The position numbers and the translations under genes were made by a program. Under the pieces are notes generated by a model. It was given only the letters and a program-made list of their open reading frames with translations. It made no database searches and had not been told where the DNA came from. Shown piece after piece: positions 19,263 through 26,945 of a stretch of DNA of 26,945 bases (position 1 is the stretch's first letter; each line of letters begins with the position of its first letter). The DNA comes from Macrostomum lignano (taxonomy: Eukaryota), in assembly GCA_002269645.1 (NCBI GenBank), contig NIVC01001773.1, positions 1 through 26,945 of the forward strand. The letters run 5' to 3'.

Positions 19263-19766
19263 CTAAACAAAGATGACCGACAAAGGATCTGTTCCAGAAA
19301 ATTGCTGCTGCAGTCTAGCATTGTCATAGAGGCCGCTAGCCCAAGGTCTAAGAGGGACCTGTACGTGCATTGCCAGCGCGAGCGACGGCAGCACAGGCGA
19401 ACGGTGTCGGCGACACCGGTGCCGCTGCAATTGAGCTCTCCGACTGGACCGGAAGCTCCTGTACTCTGCATCTTCGCATCTACTGCCATCTTCGAAGGGA
19501 AGACCCGTTGCAGTCGTGTATTTCCTACTGCTGCGGTCTCTTGAGCCTCTGCCATCGGAAGCGCTACTAGTATTAAACCAGCAAGCCAGGCCTGCCAAGA
19601 CCAAACAGGCGAGGCTCAGACCGGTCAGGAAGACGCCTAAGTCCGTTCGACGTTGGTCGCCATCGGTGTAGCCGCCACCCCAGGTGGCGCCGCCCACAAT
19701 AAACAGCACGCTACCAGCTAGGGTGAGCGCCATTGTTACTGGCGTACGTTGCGTAAAACAGACCAT
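19263..19766 (-). CDS. Putative small two-transmembrane protein (167 aa), family unknown
   Basis: ATG start, two hydrophobic segments (MALTLAGSVLFIVGGATW and LGVFLTGLSLACLVLAGLACWF), a GC-rich island in AT-rich flanks, and ATTAAA at 19065-19070. Confidence 0.55.
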   Translation of the reverse strand: MVCFTQRTPVTMALTLAGSVLFIVGGATWGGGYTDGDQRRTDLGVFLTGLSLACLVLAGLACWFNTSSASDGRGSRDRSSRKYTTATGLPFEDGSRCEDAEYRSFRSSRRAQLQRHRCRRHRSPVLPSLALAMHVQVPLRPWASGLYDNARLQQQFSGTDPLSVIFV

Positions 19767-20562
19767 TTCTCTCTTATCGAAAAATTAACAAAGCGGACTG
19801 TGGTTACAGCATGGTGTAATGCAACGCTTGTAAGTTTCAATGCAAAATAGCATGCACGTGGTTGTAACAGCTTGACACGTCGAAAGTGGAATGTTTTTAC
19901 GCTTATTTTTATAACAATGCCTTCATATCCAGGAAACAGTGCTATGCATTGGATTCTTACTTTCTGATTTATTGAACTTCTAAGGTCTTTCCCACGATCT
20001 CAACTTTGAGCCGTTGGACGGAGTTTCTGTTCCTATAAGGCCACCAGGGACGTAAGGTATTCAGGCTGTTGAATACACAATTCACAGTCACGTGATCACC
20101 AGGTGCAGCCTAGAGAAAGAAAAAGAGAATTACTCTTAATCTTAGTACCCTTTTGCTACCTTTGCATTCAGAAATAAGAAATTACAAGATTGGATGGTTG
20201 GGGAACTGTAGGGCCGCCGTCAGTATCAGTAGTCGGCCATTTCTCGTCGATCTAATCTATACGTCATAGGCCATTCTTCCATTTCCAAGAACAATAGAAA
20301 CCACGAAGGAAGAAGGAACGGACCGAAGAAGCCTACCGATTCTTCCGGCTCTTTGCCACAATGTTATTGTAGTATTAGCTTTGGAGCAATTCTCGCATTT
20401 TTTGATAGATAGATTAATTTGGCTCCGAAATTGTTATTTGGTTTGGTTTGGCTCCGAAATTGAAATGGCTCCTATGTCATTAACTATTTATGAAACCGGC
20501 CTCAGCTTTTTTGAAACTATATATTGTAGTTAAAGAATGCAATTGGCACTGCAGTAGATTAA

Positions 20563-20644
20563 GTCGCGATGGCCGAGTGGTTAAGGCGTTGGACTAGAAA
20601 TCCAATGGGGTTTCCCCGCGCAGGTTCGAATCCTGCTTGCGACG
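20563..20644 (+). tRNA. tRNA-Ser (anticodon AGA)
   Basis: 82 nt. Acceptor GTCGCGA/TTGCGAC with discriminator G, D arm GCC/GGC, anticodon arm TTGGA-CTAGAAA-TCCAA, long variable arm GGGG-TTT-CCCC, T arm GCAGG-TTCGAAT-CCTGC. Confidence 0.98.
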
Positions 20645-20646
20645 AA

Positions 20647-20652
20647 TTTTTT
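20647..20652 (+). terminator. RNA Pol III terminator (T6)
   Basis: TTTTTT follows the tRNA 3' end after a 2-nt gap. Confidence 0.85.
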
Positions 20653-22151
20653 ATTGCTCTCCCGGCTACTTGCTTATGAAAGTCAGGGAAGATTTTGTAA
20701 AATATACAAAAAGGCAGACAAGACTGTGCACTGTGGTATATATATCTGAATTTTGTCTGAATTATTTACTTCTAAAGTATTATAACATAATGGCAATCAC
20801 AAATTCTGATTTTGCTAATTCAGTTTTGTAAAAACACAACATATCGCCAAACGAAGTAATAATCACAAATCCGAAAATTCACAACTTGCACAGTAAATAC
20901 TTAAAATTAAATGAAACGTTTTACTAAAAATTTGGCTTGATTCTGAAGTAAATTCAGTGTACCGACAAAAAACAACTATTTGTTTTTCCGCTTGTTAATG
21001 TGCAAATTAGAATTTTGATATTGTAGGAAATCTTTTATTACGAGGAAGAACATATGTTGGGAGACAAAATTTTGCAGCAAGCGATGAAACTGCCCATCAG
21101 AGTGTAAAACTAAAAAGGGTTTTCAATTTAACACAGAGTAAAGTGGTTACTGAATATTTGAAAATGTGTTCCAGCTGTCATTAGCATTAAGAATTCATAG
21201 TGAACTACGATTTCCAAAGCACTGAGCACCGTGCAGTAAAGTCATAGACGACAAATGTTTAGCTTTTGCACCTCTTCAGTAAATATTTTTGCATTAGATT
21301 GAGAAATATTGCTTTTGATAGGCCTTGTGAATTCGATAGAAACATTTAAAGCATATTTTAGGCACATTGCATAAATATAATATAAACTAATGTAGCTAAT
21401 CAATCAATACCTTTCAAGTTTTTATAAAAATTACAAAATAATTTTTGTTAAATATTCAAGAGTTAGAGCTAAAATATTGTTTTAATTCAATGACTAGATC
21501 CATTTAACACTGTCATCCTCATTGCCTTGAAGATATAATGTTTTTACTATAGTCTTAATAGTTTACTTTATTGTCTTGCCTTAATAAACTCTTAGTCTTA
21601 GACTTAAAAACTGCTTTACTATTTACAAAAAAGATCTATTATATAATATAACTAAAATTAAATTCTTTCAAGTTCACTAATGATCAAAATAGCCATATAT
21701 ATATATACTTATCTATATTAGTCACTATTAAATAATTACATTTAATAATTTTATATCATATTTTAATTTCTACTCTATATTTTGTATCACCTGACTATGA
21801 TGAATTAGGCCTTGGTGAGTTATTATTAATCTTTAAAAATTTTAATCAATATGATAAAAATGCTTCATTTACCTAGTTCTATCTAACTAAATTAGAATTC
21901 TAATCTAAACTAATTATAAAAAATAACAATATTTTTCATTGTCAAGGTAATAAATTCTAGCAAATATTTATTTAATTCATTTTACTATTTTGAATAGTTA
22001 AGTAATTTCAAGCAATTATAACATAATTTTTCTCTTTGAATATACCTAGTCTATGTGAGAATTTCAAACACTTTCTACACCAATAAACCAAACAATTTCT
22101 TATCAATTCTGACTGCCAACTAGTCTGAATCAACACCAGCCGCCCCAGCAG

Positions 22152-22732
22152 TTGGCTGGAGGCGAGGACCTGCTTGAGGATGCCATCCGAGCTGCCAATC
22201 ACCTGCGCAGCATCCGCAGTCGCCTTGGGCACCGTCCAGATCTTCAGCACCGCCTAGACGCCCTGGTAGCTGTGCTGGAGAGCCAGCTGTTCGCCAGAGC
22301 CGCCGGGGTGCACAACGCCCTGGAGCAGCTGCAGGAGCTCCAGCGATTCGGCCAACTGGATCCGGACGACTTCGGTATCGAGTCGGCCAGTGGCAACCTC
22401 TGGCTGTCCGAGCGTGGCAATGACATTCTGGAGCGAGCCATCGAGCCCGACGATGGCAGCGGCGGTGAAGACGCCACTGACGACGCAGGTGAGGCCGCTG
22501 CAGCAGTCGCCGCCGCCGCTGGTCCCATGTCCGTCTCGGAGCTGCATCCTCTGACGGAGGCGGAGCTGTCGGCCTGGCTGGCCACGGCCGCCGGGGGTCG
22601 CCGAATCATCGAATCGACGCTGGAGAAACGGCCGGGCCAGCCGCTCGGCTTTTCCGTTGTTGGCGTGGTGCGCGACTCCGGCGAGCTCGGCATCTTCGTG
22701 CAGGGCGTGCGGGAGGGCTCGCCAGCCGACAG
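22152..22732 (+). CDS. MPDZ: MPDZ/PATJ-like scaffold exon: L27 domain and first half of PDZ1 (5' boundary uncertain)
   Basis: LDALVAVLESQLF...ALEQLQ (L27-like) and GRRIIESTLEKRPGQPLGFSVVGVVRDSGELGIFVQGVREGSPADR, which closely resembles MPDZ/PATJ PDZ1. Donor ag|gtgagg, phase 2. Confidence 0.9.
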
Positions 22733-22799
22733 GTGAGGCCGGGGCGGGGCTGCAGTCTGCTGAGGCTGGGTGGCTTCGATTTATATCATATCTTTCTCA

Positions 22800-23191
22800 A
22801 TCAAAAAATTCGCTCTCCAAAAAAATTCGCCCTCTTCGAAGAATCCGCCCCTTCAAAAAATCCGTCCCGGTCCCCTGACCAGAGAATCGGCCCCCTGATC
22901 AGAGAATCCGCCACCTGATCAGAAAATCCGCCCCCCCCCTGACCAAAGAATCTACCCCCTAACTAGAGAATCTGCTTCTTAATAATAAAATCCGCCCCTG
23001 ACTAGAGAATCCGCCCCCTGACTGGAGAATCCGCCCCCTGACTGGAGAATCCGCCCCTGACTAGAGAATCCGCCCCCTGACTAGAGAATCCGCCCCCTGA
23101 CTGGAGAATCCGCCCCCTGACTAGAGAATCCGCCCCTGACCAGAGAATCCTCCCCTTACCAAATGATCCACCCCTACCAAAGAATCCGCCC
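22800..23191. repeat. 19-20-bp minisatellite (gagaatccgccccctgact[a/g])
   Basis: About 8 near-perfect units at 22990-23150 with progressively degenerate units on both sides. Confidence 0.92.
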
Positions 23192-23775
23192 TTAAACCCT
23201 ACGGCTCGTAGAATGAACCTCCAGCCAGCGGAGAATCCACACCGGAAACATCCCCCCAACATTGATCCACATCTCTCTATTGGGGATTCACCCACTCGAG
23301 TTTGCCACCATCCACCCAGACTGTCATTGTGGGGAAGGCAATCTTGAGTTGAGCGATAATCCCAAGCAATTCCATACGTTAAACCCAGACATACCAGTGC
23401 ATAATGCATATGGTCTTTAGCAAGCCTCCAGCTGGGTTGCTAGCCTAGCCCAATGCCATGTAATGTAACCCGATCCATCCAGGCTCGTAGCCAGCGCCAG
23501 AGAAAATAATTCTCCAATGCTTCAAAAGCAGGTCCAGCACATGCTAATTCTTTTTAACCGAACGCCTTCCAGCCTGCAGGCCTGCTTTTACTTTTTGCTT
23601 TTCTTGCAGCTATTTTAGTACACTTGCGTTGCTCCTTAGCTCGTGTTTGCCATGCTTGGATTGAATAAATAGGCGCAGTTTCTGTGCTTTCTGTTTGCCC
23701 GCCTGCGGCCCTAGAAGCCTTGAGTACCAAAATTTAACGATTGTGCTTTGGCGTTAATAAATCATTTCTTTTTTG

Positions 23776-23963
23776 TCTCTCTGTCTGTGACTGTCCGCCT
23801 GTCTGCATGTCTGTCCGTCTGTCTAAGTGTCTTAGTGTCTGTCTGTCTGTCTGTCTTAGTGTCTGTCTGTCTGTCTTAGTGTCTTAGTGTCTGTCTGTCT
23901 GTCTTAGTGTCTTAGTGTCTTAGTGTCTTAGTGTCTGTCTGTCTGTCTGTCTAAGTGTCTTAG

Positions 23964-24060
<97 letters not shown>

Positions 24061-24070
24061 TGGTGTCTGT
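23776..24070. repeat. (TCTG)n microsatellite mixed with TCTTAGTG 8-mers
   Basis: A pure (TCTG) run spans 23965-24060 and interrupted repeats lie upstream. Confidence 0.97.
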
Positions 24071-25006
24071 ATGATTCACCTGTTTACCGAGCTCAGCCTT
24101 AAAATTCGCATGTCAAATGCTTCTCTGTTGGCACTGCAGATCAAGCGGACCTGGGATTGCTGCATTTGCTGTGGGCACAAAATTTTTTGGCTTAATGTTT
24201 AAGTGGCAAACGTGCCTCATTTATGAAAGCCGAATGGCCTCTGGGAGGTTTTCATGGGTTCAGCTTCAAGGGAAATTGCTAGCCTGCACTTCAGTCTGCT
24301 TATAGGACTGGCTCTGGCCAGTTCTATAATGAAATTTCAATGCAGTCCAGGCTGAAGTTCTTAGTTAAGGAATGCTTTAAGATGTTAAAGGTATCTGTCT
24401 GCCCCTCCCAGGTCCTCAAGCTCTGTCTAATTACACGAAGAATGTATCCTTGATCCGTATAAGGCTGTCTGTCTTATGCATAACTCATCTGCTTCTGTTG
24501 ACTGCAATTTTCCTTTTCCTTTAATTCTCCCATTAGCCAATTTAGCCTGCAAAAAATTGTTTTTGTGCCCACCGGTTGTCTTCTAGATCTTCTTCTAGTT
24601 GCTAAGTTTCTCTCTCTTTCATAGTTTGCTGTTGCTGTTCTTTTCGCGCTGCTGGGGTTAGGGGGGGGGGCGATACCTGTCGGGGTTAGGGAGGCTTTTT
24701 TGGCTCCTTGCTGATGGGCCGCCGCCGGTGTGCGCGGGGCCAAGGAGAACTACTGCCAGAATCTGGAGTGCCAACTCTGTTTCTAACCCGCCACTTTCCA
24801 AGACACTGCAGTAAAATGCCTTCTCTCGTCTCTCTTCTCTACTCTCATCTCCTCTTCCGCCTCTCCTCTCTTCTCTTAGAAATCTTAGCATCCTGGGAAA
24901 TCAAATAATAATTTTTTTTGTTTTGAACTTGGAACTATTAGGGGCGATTTTTACAATACTTAAATGTCAAGTCTCCTAAAATATTTAAGCATCCAATTTC
25001 ATAACG

Positions 25007-25145
25007 CCTAAACGTCACAAGACCTAAACTTCACAAGAACTAAACTTCACAAGACCTACATGTAAACGTCACAAGACCGAAACTTCACAAGAAACATCAC
25101 ATGGCCTAAACTATATAAGACTTTAACTTCACATCGGCCTAAACG
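25007..25145. repeat. Degenerate ~16-bp tandem repeat (cctaaacttcacaaga)
   Basis: Recurrent aaac(t/g)tcacaaga units. Confidence 0.8.
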
Positions 25146-25556
25146 TTTCTTTCATTTTAACGCCAATGCTTTGGTTGTTAGTGGAAATTAAGATTTTCAT
25201 ATAACGCTGCCCAACAGTGGTGAAGTTCAGGCGCTATGAAAGTGGATGCTTGCAGTCGCCTATCTAGTGTCGTGAAATCTAGCACTCCAGATCGCAGCTC
25301 CAGGTCTCCTTGGGGAGGGCAGAGGGGAATTGGAGACGGCCGGGAGGTCCAAGCTGCCTGCCCAGAGACAGACAGATAGGGGAGACGGAGCTGCCCCTCC
25401 CAAATGGAGGTATGGACCTCGGCTATTCGTACAAATCGAGCGCATCCCGGAACGCGATGCGAATTTCATTATTGAATAAGTTGAGGCGGCGGCTGCTGTG
25501 ATCCCCGTAATCGCTGTTTGTTCACCTGACCCACCTGAGGCAAAACACATTTCCAG

Positions 25557-25806
25557 GGAGGGTCGTCTGGAAGAGAAAGACCAGCTGCTGGCCATCAATG
25601 CCATCCCGTTGGACGGCCGGCTGAAGCCTCAGCTAGTTGTTGAACTGCTCCAGTCAGTGTCCGACCGGGTCCGGCTTCACCTGTGCCGTCACCGGACAGG
25701 CTCGGACACTCAGCTAAATCAGCAGCAGCAACAGAGTGAGCAGAATCTCCAGCAACAGCAGCAACAAGCCGGACTCACGAATTCCTTCGATCTTGAGCAG
25801 AATATG
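25557..25806 (+). CDS. MPDZ: MPDZ/PATJ-like exon: second half of PDZ1 and a Gln-rich linker
   Basis: Acceptor atttccag|g completes R. It then encodes EGRLEEKDQLLAINAIPLDGRLKPQLVVELLQSVSDRVRLHLCR; donor atg|gtgagg. Confidence 0.92.
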
Positions 25807-25918
25807 GTGAGGCGAACTCAAATGTTCATGGCTGGTTTCCTAACCAGATACTTAGGTGTGAATAGCCTTGGTTTTGTCGGGAGTTTTTTATCTAGCTTCT
25901 ATGTGCCTTTGTATTGGC

Positions 25919-26145
25919 TAGTCTAGAACGTCATGGCTTGGACTGGGGTTTCTCCGGTTTTCCAGATTCTTAGTCCAAAATGCCATGGCTTAGACAGGAC
26001 TTTCTCCGGTTTCCAGATACCTAGTCTAGAATGCCATGGCTTGGATAGGAGTTTCTCCGGTTTTCCAGATACTTAATCTAGAACGTCATGGCTTGGATAG
26101 GACTTTCTCCGGTTTTCCAGATACTTAGTCTAGAACTCCATGGCT
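25919..26145. repeat. 52-bp minisatellite, ~4.4 units
   Basis: Units start at 25919, 25971, 26022, 26074 and 26126 (tagtctagaa...catggcttgga...tttctccggttttccagatac). Confidence 0.92.
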
Positions 26146-26413
26146 AGGCCTCTGTCAATCAACTGTCAGCCAGTCTGGAGGCAATGCTTAGTAGCCTTAT
26201 TCTGTCAAGCTGCCAGTCTGTCATGCTGCATTATTTTCCGGAGATTGTTCCGATTGCAGAATTGAAATGTACTTTAAGCTGGCCGAGCAATGGAATTTCC
26301 TACCTAACTAACTGATCTGACACTAATTGAAGTTTGTACGAACTTAGATAAACAAAATAGTCTTAAGTTAGGCATGGGTATGAATAGAAACGACTAAATC
26401 CCGCCTTTAAAGC

Positions 26414-26945
26414 AGGGAATAGAGAAGAGAGAAGGGAAATAGGAGAAAGGAGAGGCGCCAGAATAAAGGAGAAGAGAGGAGAGAGAGGAGAAGCGAAAGG
26501 AGGAGAAGAGAAGAAACGAGAGAGGAGACGAGAAAAAAGAATCGTAGAGGAGAAAAGCGAAAGGAGAGGAGACAGGCAGAGAAGAGAGGAGAGAGAGAGA
26601 GGGAGAGAGGAGAGGAGAGGAGAGGGAGAGGAGAGGAGAGGAGAGGAGAGGAGAGAGAGGAGAGGAAAGGAGAGGAGAGGAGAGGAGAGACGAGAGAAGA
26701 GGAGAGAGGAAAAGAGAAAGGAGAGGAGAGAAGAGGAGAGGAGAGACAGAGACGAGAAGAATAGAAGAGAGAAGAAAGGAGAGGAGATGAATATGAGAGA
26801 AGGGAGAGAGGAGAGAAAGAGGGCGGAGAGAGGGCAGAAAAGACAGGAGAGAGGAGAGATGAGAGGAGAGACGAGAGGAGAGAGGAGATGAGAGACGAGA
26901 GGAGAGAGGAGATGAGAGAGAGAGGAGAAAGGAGAGACGAGAGAC
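26414..26945 (+). repeat. Polypurine low-complexity tract (GAGAG/GAGGA)
   Basis: More than 500 nt that are almost entirely A/G, running to the window end. Confidence 0.97.

Noticed and set aside
20563-20644. Local tRNA-Ser as primer for the Bel/Pao element
   Set aside because: Its 3' end plus CCA would require TGGCGTCGCAAG, whereas the primer binding site is TGGCGCCCGAAC.
23963-24202. ORF with SVCL repeats, and the ORFs at 8622-8816 and 23002-23409
   Set aside because: All are translations of simple or tandem repeats.

Overview
This is eukaryotic (animal) genomic DNA. GC-rich exons, GT-AG introns and dense mini/microsatellites suggest an invertebrate, possibly a flatworm, but that is inference only. 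From left to right: (1) a cluster of nested and inverted copies of a tRNA-headed SINE-like retroposon (560-1173). (2) A full-length, very young Bel/Pao LTR retrotransposon (1182-7579) with 255-bp LTRs, a 5-bp target-site duplication (TSD) GTTGT, a tRNA-Lys-type primer binding site and one gag-pol ORF. (3) A minus-strand gamma-glutamyltranspeptidase (GGT) gene with at least 6 exons (7919-~12270) and a 1-nt frameshift; its introns hold a 10/32-bp satellite and a CORE-type SINE. (4) An intronless minus-strand gene for a secreted, Cys-rich, ~135-aa-repeat glycoprotein (14721-17383, one apparent frameshift). It is bracketed by two copies of a non-autonomous inverted-repeat element, and the upstream copy carries nine tandem 38-bp units, each with a perfect kappaB-like GGGGAAATCCCC motif. 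(5) A small two-TM ORF and a tRNA-Ser(AGA) gene. (6) Two coding exons near the 5' end of an MPDZ/PATJ-like gene (L27 + PDZ1) with repeat-rich introns. There is no CRISPR array and no prokaryotic system. The most novel-looking part is 13602-18816.
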